A stretch of DNA of 61,903 nt, the filler included, from Platydemus manokwari (lineage: Eukaryota): NCBI GenBank assembly GCA_037951405.1. It is 5 parts of 5 records of this genome, joined end to end, with 100 filler letters (N's around TTAATTAATTAA, not from the genome) between each part and the next. Parts side by side here need not be neighbours in the genome. Positions count along the whole stretch, not along the records: positions 32,141 to 46,567 come from JBBMOY011443644.1; positions 46,668 to 61,903 come from JBBMOY011318093.1; 3 more parts are not named here. One strand, written 5' to 3'. Positions 37,527 to 49,829 of this stretch are shown in pieces. A program made the position numbers and the translations under genes. How positions within the stretch are numbered: position 1 is the first letter of the stretch; every line of letters begins with the position of its first letter. The notes beneath the pieces were generated by a model, which made no database searches, had not been told where the DNA came from, and was given only the letters and a program-made list of their open reading frames with translations.

Positions 37527-40500
37527 ACTTTTTATACGACAATGTAGCCAATTGTACTGTAGACACTTATGTTAACATTTTCATGCAGCATTATCGTCAC
37601 TTTTTCCAATATGTAAATAACTTTCTAGCTATTCATTCGAAGGGCTTACAGGATCAATGATCACTAATACAAACAATCTTTACCAAATTACAAGGGGAAA
37701 ACCTCACCACAACTAAACGCAGAAAGGACAAATAAATATTTAATATCAAATACAAAATATTTTGTAAAATCTCGTCTATTTGACACCTAGAAAATAGTAT
37801 ATATAGCAGTCATTCCAATGACATCCAGAACTAAAAGCGAACTGACTGAAGTGAAGAAAACTAAAGAAGACATCAAGCAACGAAAAAAACTGTTGTTTAT
37901 CGATGGGAAAATTATAAAATATGAATTTTAAAAATAACAACAGATCAACATTATCCTTCAATTATCTACTATTAAGGAAATTTCTCTTAATAGCAAGGTA
38001 AATAATCGAAGGAGGACCTTCCAAATTAGAAACAACATTTCTGGAATTACAGAATTTGAAACCAGAAGCCATATGGACAAATACATTGTTGAAGGCGAAA
38101 TCCATAGTGAGGTAAGTTGCAAAGATAACCAAATAAATATTAACTAAACATTACGTCATTTTATAAAATTTAAATTTGAAAATAAATTGACAATCAGATT
38201 AAATGATTTTTTCATAATCTAATAGACATGATATTTAGCTAAACAAAGAGAAATAAAAAATCCTTTAGCAGCAAAAGAAAACAAACAATGCTCAAATATC
38301 CAAAAGTAAACATCATGCTTAACTGAAAACAAAAGCACAATATAAAAAACGCAAACAAAGCTCACAAAATTGAATTCGAAATAAATAAAGTATTATGAAC
38401 AAATAATCAAAAACAAATTAAACCAAACCGAATATTTCTTTGTTATGTACATTAAAGTCTTTGTCTTTCTATAAACATTTGACTAAATAATTACAAACAA
38501 ATTTACTATTTAAACTTACCTACAAACAGTAATGATAGATATTAATTCGCCCGCAAGATTTATTGCTATATCAAGTTAACAGTTTTTCTCATGAAATCAG
38601 AAATGTATTATCACTCGGTAATTTCGATTGTCTTACACAATTTAAGAATTTCATCATCCTTATATAAAAAATGTATTCCAGATAAATACTTTTTATGTGG
38701 AAAAAGAAATGGTATTTTAAATTATACGAATAACATTATTTAAACAGAAATCAGAACATTGTGATTCAAAATATCTAATTAATGTGGGCTAATACTAAAC
38801 GATAGCGACTAAAAGTGTCTCATAAAATATTGCGACAATCGGATCAATTGAAAAAAGGCTCAAAGAAGTCAAGAGTGTGAGTCTCAATGTCTATTCAAAT
38901 CCAAGTCTCAATTCAATACAATTCAATTTGATATTAGATTATTTTTGATATTTTGTGAAAGACATTCGACTCTTTCCTGATCGATAATTTGACATTTAAT
39001 TGATTATGATTTGTAAAATAATGATTATTTCTATTATTTTTGAAGTCATAAAATTTTTTAAAATATATATTTATTATTTATAAGTTATTTAGTATAACAT
39101 TTCTGAAAGTATAATCAATGGTAATGAAAAATTGGAAAACAATTAAATCAGATGATGATACAAAGTACTAAAAATAATTTAAATATAGAAATTCAAAATT
39201 AACAAGAGTGATTAACCGTAAAATATACCTAAAATAAATAAAACCTAGAAAAATTTTATTAATCGTCGGGTGCAAAGTACCAAAGTGAAATAGCTATTTA
39301 AACTGACGCGCAGTTCAAAAAATTGTTATTTGTAAAATTGATCGACTTATAATTATCGAAATTATTTTTGATATACGAAAACTTAAATATAAATCGCAAT
39401 TGATTTTTATACATGAGTATGCGCTAACAGACCAACATATATATTAGTGAATTTCTATTTATATAAATAACTAATTAACAAAAAGGACATCTAATAAATT
39501 ATAAACTAAAATCAATCTTTGTAAAACCATTAAGGTGGAATTTAGTTCTTGCGATTTTAGAAAAGTAACTATAGGAGGACATTATAAAATTTACTTATAG
39601 TTAGTTTCGAAAGATTATTTTTGGTTTTAAATAAAGTTTTCAATAAAAATAAATAAAATTCAATAAAAATATAAATAATTTATGTTGTTTTTTTAAATAA
39701 AATTACCAGGGTTTATATTATATTTAAAAATATTTACACTTCAAGAATTCAGGCTGTTGAGTTTGATAATTGCTTTTAACGAACATAAACCCAACAATTA
39801 TGTCGAATTCAGAGACTTATATAAGTCGTTAATATGTCATCAATCATTACTTTACATTAACTCTCGACCAATTAAGTAACAGAAGATCAAACATATCAAG
39901 TACTAAAGATAGCGATAAAATAATCTTCGAAAGACTAATCAGTAACTACTTTACTACTTAAATTTTCAAAATAGCTATTCCTTTATACAGCTGTTGTAAA
40001 CAAATTAGCCAGCAATAAATCAAATAATCCAAAATTCGAGATTATAATATTGTTGCTACACTCCTTAAAAGTATCGAACAGATTCAGAAATCTGAAGAAG
40101 CCATGCACACTGAGCAGATAATAAAACATATTGTATCGGAATGGAAATTGAGCTGCAATTTTGATTGATGATCGCAGTTCAGTAAGATAATAACTTTAAA
40201 TTTAATAAAAGATAATATAATTAATTATATATAAGGTACGCATAAACCTCCTGTATAAGCTGAAGCAAAACGTTAATAATTTTGAGAAATTTCACCGTTT
40301 ATTACCATAAATACGATTTCTTTATTGTGCTATCGTGAATATCAAAGAACATACGTACTAGACTACTCATATTAATTAAAATCATTGAAATAAATTCCTG
40401 ATATTAAGTATAATTCTTCTGTATAATTTTTATCTCATTTGAATTTCAATAGGAACTTATTTCAGTCAATGTTAACATATGGATCATTAGTTACCCACAG

Positions 40501-40999
40501 ATTTCAAAGTTCGGTGACCTGAAAATCATGTGATACAAAGTCAAATATTGAATTTAAATAATATTAATCAAATTGGTATACATGATTTATACTATTTTTT
40601 AAAATTAAATTTTGAAAGTTGTAATTATTTTTAATGCTATATCAATAATAAATATATGTTATATTAATGTTGGGATAATAATATACTCCAAGCTTTATAA
40701 TTTAATACATTTTACAATACATAATGATAATAAATAATAATTATTATTATCGCAAAAATAAACCCACATTAATTAAAATGTAAGCGCGTGGGCGAAATTA
40801 CATTGGTAATAACCAGAAACTTTTTTAAAAAATGATTATTAATTCACGTTGCCATGGAATTAATAAGCGTATCAAGAGAAATTCAAAAATAAATTCAAAT
40901 TTCCGTGACAACTGTGGATATTTCCAAGGAGATCAGGAAATCAAAAAAAATTAGTCATTCGCCCACATCTCAAATTACTATAAATACTGAACCAAAATT

Positions 41000-41750
41000 C
41001 AGTATTTTCGCCAAACTTAACTATTTCTAAGTGTGATTTTCAATTCAAGCTCTAGCGTTATATTCGTTAAGGTCTAGTGCGATTTCGAATACCTATTCAA
41101 TACTAGGCGACCCTTATGTCTCAATTTTATATTCATTGACAGTATATGCCAACTTTGCAAATGGTGATTTTTAATTGTTCAATTAACAAACTGATTAATA
41201 CGCCTCGCAAAGTCGTAATTGAATTTGTGAGTATTAAAATCAAAATTTCTTTACTTTGTATACCTCAGTGGGACGCCACTTAGTTCCCTCCGGTTTATCA
41301 TTACTGATAAAACTCTTCAGGGCACGACCAGCTTCTCTTTCTGAACTCTGATAGCATCACACATTTGCTAATTTTGAGTATAATAAAGTATTTGAAATAA
41401 TCTTATAATTTTCAGTATCCATATTATAATACAAGCAACCTAATTAATCTGTGAAGTTTCAGATATTGGTGGAAACATCAATCTCACACTCACGGTCTAA
41501 CAGAGAATATTATATTAAATTATCGATTGAAAAATCTTTGATTTATTATTAGTCTATCACCAAAGAACCCGAACCAACCGGTTTCCATCACAGAATTATT
41601 TCGAGAAAAGATTTTAGATTTGGATAGTCAATACATATCTTGAAAATTATGATAAGCATTATTATTAGTGGAATGTAAATGTAAACAGAAATTTTGTTAA
41701 AAGTTTCCGCTGCAAAAACGCTTCTGGTAAATTGAAGAGTTAATCATTAT
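41000..41750 (-). pseudogene. Degenerate cadherin-like fragment
   Basis: Minus strand gives SLLDRECEID (LDRE at 41489-41500) and FEIALDLNEY, in interrupted frames. Confidence 0.3.
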
Positions 41751-43389
41751 TTCATTATGACAAATTCGAATAATGGCAAGTTTTTAGAAAATAATAAGTT
41801 ATAATGTGTTAATAATATGCTATTAACGGTTGGTACTTGGTTTTTGTAATGATAATTAATTAATATTAAATAATATCATCGAGTGAAGTGAAATAATTTT
41901 TTATTTTTAACAATCGTATTTATTGTGTGAATTAATTTTTGTTAGAATGTCAAAAAAATATCATCTTACATTTCAAAGTTAAATGTCAAACTCTAATAAA
42001 ATAAAAATAAAAATTAGAGTAATATAAATTTACAAATAATATCACAACGTAAATTAGCACAATTTTAATCCAATTCAGAAAATTAAAATCTAAAGCAACC
42101 TATTGAAATCAATACATGAACACGCACTTGTTGATAGATATAACAGAAAAAAAATTCCGGTATAAGAATCAACATGAAACATTCAAAAATGGGCATACAA
42201 ACTATTCCAATAAAAGTTTAATCAATATGCAAGAAAATCACAAAAATCTTGGTAATGTAATTTCAATTTCGTAAATAAAAAGGATCGGTAGCATTAGTAG
42301 GAGATTAATTGTTAACTAATTATAATTTCACTAACAATAATGCTAGTTCAATATTCTGTTTTTTATAAATCAAATTTAATTTAAATACTTTTAGCTGTTT
42401 TAATATGATGTCAATGTTGTTGTTATCTGGTTTTCTTATAATTTATTACCTCAAAAATCGATTTTAGCAATAAACAAAACCGAAAATTAAGAAATCAAAT
42501 AAAATACAAGTTGATTTTTTGATTGGTGACTATGGCTAATTATTGTGTTCTATTTTTGTTTATAATTAGTGTTTCCTTTAGTATAAATAAAAATAGCAAT
42601 TCAGGTACAAGTGTTAAAGAAGTAAAAGTAAAAAGCAGATTAAAACCTGTTGATAAAGGTATAAGCCGAAATATTGGTTAATCACAAATAAATCATCTTT
42701 AGTTTATAATCTTTTTTTTAAATGCCAATATTAAGTTTAGGATGCAACTCAATATAATCCTTGATAACAATAAGCTATGATTGAAAATCAGAATTTATAC
42801 TAATATAACCAGAGTATCAATAAACTTTATATTAATTTTAAATACCACACTTTCTAAATTAGATTTATAATATGCAGGCAAGAAACAATAATAATATATT
42901 ATCAATGCAAGTTCAAGTTAGAACATTTTAGAGTTCTTAGTAATATAAGGTTTTGATTAAGGATTTTAGATTACAGAATGTAGTTAAAATTTAGTACATG
43001 AATTGAATCTAAAACTATGTATTTTAACTCTTAAACCAACGATTGGAAGAGCTGATTATTAATTAAATTAAAGAAACTTATTAATCTTCGAGATCATGTT
43101 TACTGTAGCGGTGTTATCCCCGTACTTGATTTTAGATAAAGTTACCAAGACAGAAATTATAGACTTGTTTCTCATATCTTAAATTTAAGTAATATAGTAA
43201 GTATTCTTAATCAAGATAGTTATACATATTCCAAAGAATTTAAAAATCAAATAGATATTTAGCTTCAACGAAATCGCGTAGCATATGTATAAACCTAAGA
43301 AATGTTTAAATGTGAAATTTCAAAACCGAACTTGTTTTTACAAGCGTAAGCAAAATATTCTTCAATTTAAACAGAAAATTTTAAATAAG

Positions 43390-43810
43390 TTTTCTGTGAT
43401 TCATATAGAAATGTCAGAAACGTAGTTTTTGGTTTAATATTGATTACCAGGAAGAAAATTTTCTTAAATTTTTCACCATAATGAAGCAAACATATTTGAA
43501 CAATAATAAGTACCGAACTGAATCTCTGAATCGTACAAATTAAAGTAGAAGTAGAGCAAGTAATTAATGCAATAATCAAAACACAACTTGATGTTCGAGC
43601 GTCACTAAACAAATAAACGATACACAACCAGATCCCGTACGAGGCAAGGATAACCAAAAATGTAAACAGAATACTGAACACTGCAATGATGGACCTAACC
43701 ATCTCTTCATCGATATTAGAGAAAATGCAAACCCCACAAAGACGATGGAATACACTGCACCGGGACTATTGGATTATAAAATGTTGGTGGAAGTAAACTG
43801 TTATAATTTA
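43390..43810 (+). pseudogene. Decayed ORF upstream of the CRESS rep, possibly a capsid gene
   Basis: Coding-like, frameshifted readings ...IPYEARITKNVNRILNT / DGPNHLFIDIRENANPTKTMEYTAPGLLDYKMLVEV, followed by AATAAA at 43821. Identity is inferred from position only. Confidence 0.3.
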
Positions 43811-43850
43811 GTTGAGTACAAATAAAATTGTATTACTTTACAGATATAAA

Positions 43851-44430
43851 AAAAGTAGCTCAAAACCCACCAACCCAGGGAAAAGATACAGAAATTTCCA
43901 ATTTCTCTTCCAAAAGCCATGTGAGACAAAAATTACGAACGTTTAGATAAACTATGAGAAAACTATGCTCGTTCGTCATCGAACAGAAAGTAAATTCGGT
44001 GAATAAATATAGACGCATGCAAATGTTCATGAGTTTAAAGTCAGCGAGAACTTACTCAGCATGTAGAAAAGCCTTCGATTTACCATGGGTTACACCAGTA
44101 GAAGATGAAGACGTACAACAAGCCATAGATTATTGTCAAAAACGAGATACAAAAATCATGGGTGGTGTAATTTATGGATTCAGAACATGTAAAAACAAAA
44201 TATTAACGAAGAACTTTGATATAATTTCTTAGCATCATCCACAGTTGAAGAAGTATTGGCGATGGTTGAACATGATAGACCATTTGACTTCAAAAAGATG
44301 GGATCAAAACTCGAAAATACCAATAGGAAATTCCAACCAGATCGTTCCATTTATACCCATCGAAAACTGGATAATAGTATTAATTGGGCCAACAAGAATT
44401 GGAAAAACAAACTTTGTCTAATCCCACTTA
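43851..44430 (+). mobile_element. rep: Endogenous CRESS-DNA virus Rep relic (HUH endonuclease plus SF3 helicase Walker A)
   Basis: In order across frameshifts: GKRYRNFQFLF (motif I-like), FVIEQK...RRMQMFMSLKSAR (motif II-like, HxQ degenerate), QQAIDYCQKRDTK (motif III YxxK), ASSTVEEVLAMVEHDRPFDF (linker) and IVLIGPTRIGKTNFV*SH (Walker A, 44386-44409). Confidence 0.75.
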
Positions 44431-46567
44431 ATTTTACAATATTGAATTAGTAACGATTAATGACGAAAAGAACAAAATAAAGGAAATTCAAAATGCTCAT
44501 ATAGAAAACCTTATGAAATAGACCAGAACGCCAATTATATCGAAAATCAAGATGTTTTTGAATTTGAAGCGGAGTCGATAGAAGATAATTTTCTTTAATC
44601 AGTACAAAAAAATGCCAACGAATAAGTTGGCCAGCTTCTAGATGAACTTGAAGAAACAATACGAAAAATTCAGATATCAGAATTAAAAAATTGAGAAGCA
44701 AATAGAAAAGGAATCGCAGACTATTAGCGAAATAAATAAAGGGAACAATGAAGGTCAAAGAACGAATGTCATTCTCAGGTATTACGAACCGAAGAATTTG
44801 GACCTCAAGGAAATAGCAAAATTCACGTAGGCCCAGAACGAAACTACAAACGAATGTTGTTATGGGTTGAAACTTAAGAGATAAAATTCATTTGTCTTAA
44901 AATTTGTTTATAACAAAAACATGTATCATATAACCCGTAAATAATTGCAAAATCATAAAATCAATAAGAAAATATCCTGTAATATATAAAATAGTTAATA
45001 TTTATTGAGAAAATTACAAATCAAGGAAGTAACAATTGTTTGTTTATTGTCCAAAATATTAATCTTCATGCATAGTTTCACTCATAATAATAAAAACAAT
45101 TAAAAATAATGAATTATAATTCAAATATGAAAACACCATAAATAATAAATATTAGTGGCCAGAATAAATAATACTAACCTTGTTCTTTCAGATCAGATTA
45201 TCAATAAATTTTCAACACAATAACCAAATTTTACTGAAATCATTAGAATATTTTCCCATCTCAACACATATTACGAATTTCATAACAACTGGCTTTTCTA
45301 ATTTCTTCATTTCCCGAAATGGCGTTACAGAGATTCAAATATCGCTTTGTTTTTCGAATTTGTTGATATAATTAATTCATTAAAATAATAGTCATTTGTT
45401 ATATTTAAATATGAAAAATTTATTATAAATTAATTCCTAACGCTGTTTTTAATGTTATCTATTTCTAATACATACTTATTAATGAAAATTTAACCAAGAA
45501 TGTTTTAATATCATTAGCATAAAAAATTTTCAAAAATAAAATAAATTTTATTAACACTTGAGTGTAGTTGGTTTCTACCATATTTGACATATATTTTTAT
45601 TTGTAGCAATGAACTAATAAGAGTGAGATAAGAAATGGTCTTGATTGTAATTTTCTTGTAATTAATGGATTTTACTTCATGAATTTATTGTTATTCACAT
45701 CTAAATCGATATTATTGAAGATTCTCTTAATTTACATGATGCCACAATTAATCTTACTTCATATACTGTAAGTTTGTGACTGAGACTATAGTATGTGATA
45801 AAATTAAAATACAAATAAGATCTGTGGTGAAATTATAAAAGCAATCAATGAGATATTAAAATACACAGGGTCAATTTATTTTAAGTGCCGATACAATGTA
45901 CTTTTATTTGGATGAAAATGTCGAAGTAAAATAGTAATAAGACAATAATTCTCTTAAAAACAAGAGAAAACTTTGTGAGATTTTATGAACAAATTATCTT
46001 TAAGAGAGCAGCAAGTTTACTTACTTAATCAACTGTTTAAACTTAAATTAATAAATAATTGCTCCTCACTTATCAGCAAACCAAACTATTAGCAATATAT
46101 CTGCGGAGGCTTCGGAATAACCTCCAAAAGGCTTGATGCACACACAGTGGTTGAGTGCACGTGCCTAAAGTCAATCATATACCTCGTAAATGACAATCCA
46201 GAAACAGAATTTGATCATCGATTGGCGCACATCAACAACAGGCAACAAGTATCAGTATAACTCTATTTCACGAGACTTAGAAGAGAAACTACTATTGGAA
46301 TCTACTTCACAACAACTGAATAATCACTAACTCCAAAAACCGAAGGCTATAAACTTTATTTCTAATCTGCGTACTAATCAGTAAAAGTCACAAAATAACG
46401 TAGACACAATCAAAATAATATTCGTACTACTAAAAAATATAACCAAAACCTGTCTTCCAACCGGCAGTTGGTCATCTTTACATCTATATTTTGCTCGAGA
46501 TCTGTGTACAATTTTTGTGTCATGTGTCACATTTTTACTTGAACCTTACTTTTCCACATTCCTTCTG

Positions 46568-46667
46568 NNNNNNNNNNNNNNNNNNNNNNNNNNNNNNNNN
46601 NNNNNNNNNNNTTAATTAATTAANNNNNNNNNNNNNNNNNNNNNNNNNNNNNNNNNNNNNNNNNNNN
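46568..46667. other. Assembly spacer: 44 N + TTAATTAATTAA + 44 N
   Basis: Seen directly. Confidence 0.98.
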
Positions 46668-46870
46668 TACTGAAAGAATGTATCATATGTGCAAAGAGAA
46701 AGATTGATCAATCCAGAACTAAGGAGTTTCTGCTCCCTCGGTTAAGCTCTGAGTTTCAAGGGCAAATTGTCGTGGACATTGCACAAATGGACGCGATTTA
46801 TAGTATCAAAAAGTACCTAGTAGTCATTATCGACAGATTCAGCAAGCTAATGAGCCTCACTCCTACAAAT
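46668..46870 (+). mobile_element. Ty3/gypsy integrase fragment
   Basis: LKECIICAKRKIDQSRTKEFLLPRLSSEFQGQIVVDIAQM...KKYLVVIIDRFSKL contains the CxxC of the HHCC finger and the first catalytic Asp region. Confidence 0.85.
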
Positions 46871-49829
46871 TGCTATATTAGGGACAGAATATACTTGCCG
46901 AAACAGTCAATATAAACTCAGTCAAAACCTTTAGATATCTTCAACAAATTTGTGACAACATGGTCCTCTTCCGAGTTGCTGAAGTCTGTGCAACATAAAG
47001 TACCAACCAATCTCAAAATAATATATGTTCTTGGAAGCACAATAAAATCAATAGACATAAACGTCGTAGTCACGATATTTAATGTACTGATTTTTCATTT
47101 CTTTATCATTAAAAGATTTCTAGACAATTGATAATGTTTGTCGGTTGATTTGAGCAATTTTAATTTCAACCAATTCAGCCAGAAATTATATTATCACTAT
47201 TTAGTTATCCATACAATTATTTAATCTTAGTGTATAAATTATTAATTAAAGTAAAATACCAATTTTGGATAGGCAATTGTCCAAAATAAGAATAAGTGTT
47301 TTCCTAAAAACCTGCACTACACACTGTTAAATAATGTTTTGGTTAATCATATCCAAATTTTTGTTGTCTAAAGTTATTAGCTTCAAAAGTGTTTAGGAAG
47401 ATTTTCTTTAGCCCTGATAAAGAATCAATTATTGTCCAACAAAAATGGTTGAATTATTAACATACCATCAAACTTAATTAATCTTACTTTCTTCATAGCA
47501 TAGATCCTCATGATCTTTTCAATCAAAAAGAAGTCAGGTAAGGATCGTTAGCTCTTTAGCATATACCAAGAAGTAATCAATCCATCCTTATTGTTGTTAA
47601 ATTAATATTTCAATTTTGTGATTTAAATTTTTATTTAATTTTTAAATCAACTTGGTAAGAAATAAATTAGCTATAAGGGGATGCAATTAGACATGAATTT
47701 CATTAAATTCAGTCTAAATTAATAAAAATGTTTTGGAAGTCTTATGGAGTAAATTTTAAAATAAAGTTTTTATAAAACTCACTTCTTCCCATTTGACACA
47801 TTTCTCAAAAAGTTGTTCAGTTTGATTTGGATTCATATCTGAAGAGTAGAAAAGAAATTATTGAAAAAATTGATTTCTATTAAGGATATAAAACTATATT
47901 TTATTTCGTAATTTGGTCAAGACTAACTAAAGTTGAAAATCGTTTAGTTATTAAGTGTTTGGCAATTTTCATTAATATATTCCTGCTGACTTAGTCCGAT
48001 AAAAATAATTAACTCTTTGATTTATTAAGGGCAGTATTATTTGTGAAATTTGATAATTATTTCAAACATTATTTAGAAATTCATAATTCACAAAATTCAT
48101 TTATATTAATTATAAATCAATGATTATTAATGAATATTATCAATTATAAAAATCATTATAATTGTATTATTTAATGCAAAATATATAAATTTATAATTCA
48201 TATAATTATTACAAAAAGTAATACCGGAAGTACATTTATGTCCTCTTTATTGAAGACAGTCAAATACAATTTTATTAAATTTACATTATCAAGTAATATT
48301 AGCAACATCATACAAATTATGGAATAATTCACAATATTGCAAAAAATAATTCAAAAGAAATTTTCGAACTCTTTAAAATATATGCTATTTCAATAAAAAA
48401 TTAAATCATTAAAAGACATATTATTTATTATTCTATTGAGGAAGATCCACTTTACTTACTTGAAATAAATTGCTTTCGAAAATCACAATGAAAATATTAT
48501 TGCTTGTTTTATCCTTTTAGAGATGTGAAAAATTTTAGAAGTGCCTTAGTATATCACTTACAAATAGACACGCCCACAGCTTATATTACTTAGATTAGGA
48601 GTCGACCAGAATTTATGGTTATGTCTGCGAAAATGTGCTAGATTATAGTCAATAAAATAATAGTTATAAATTATTATTAATCTATTTATTTTCAATATAT
48701 TTAATATACTCAAAACGTAAATGGTAATCACTTTTAGCCAGATTTATTTATTAAAGCCTTTTAATCGCGTTAAATGTATAGAATTCTGACTATCGGTTGT
48801 CGAAAACTTGTTGGAGTCCATCAATTTGTAAATTAAATTAAATATTAATAATTTCTAAATAATAAAGGATTATGAGATTAGATAGCTAAAGCTTATGCAG
48901 AAAATTTAAACAACCAATAGCACTTAAAATGATACTGTCAAATAACTTTTTAGGCATTGTTAAGAGAATTTAAGTTTCTCTCCTTTTAAATTAATTGACA
49001 TTAATTTATTTCATTCATTCAACTTTGTTCTTCATTTTTTGTTAGGAAAAATGATTATAATTTCTCGATAATCATTCCTTTATTTGAAAGAAATGAAAAG
49101 AATTGCACGTTCTTCAGTAAGAGTATTTGCATTCGAACTCGACAATATGGTGATTCTGATAGGCCAATGTACATGCTTGTATAAATACGTAGATATCTGT
49201 TTACATGTTGATAATTAGCCCTTATACATTGTATCGATTTTTACATGCATACTTTCTACAACGTCAAATCTAAAATTAAGGACAACTCAACCTGTCAAAC
49301 TCTATGGTACTTAACAACAAAAATGTACAAACCATTTAGTGACTTAACTTAAATTTAACACTTCGCCGTTAGTAATATCAAATCAATCAATAAAAGTTAT
49401 AATTTTGTTTTCCTCATATTAACATGAGCATACATTTTATAGAAATAGAAATCACAAGAAGGTAAAGAAACTATAACATATTGGATTGTCTCTGTTGAAG
49501 ATGATTTTAAAAAAGCAAAATGAAATTTAGATTCTTATATATCTATATAATATTTATCTTGAGCAGAATTACAAATTTTAAATTTTCAGTCTGCATGTTT
49601 AATTGGATGTTTAATTCCAGAAAGTTATGTAGTGTTTATTTAAGAACTAATACTAACTGCTAATTAACTGCTTCGAAAATAAATATTGAAATAATTAATT
49701 TTTAATTATTCCAGAATTAAATAATATATTAAATACAAAACATTTTGCTTCGAATTTTAAAATTATCTAAGATACTTAGTTTGTTTATTTATTGAATTGT
49801 GTACATCAAAATTTAAATTTTATTAAATT

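Noticed and set aside
46100-46250. tRNA-SINE A-box-like cagtggttgagtgcac, or a LINE C-terminal H..EC zinc motif
   Set aside because: No B-box follows, and the protein resemblance is too weak to call.
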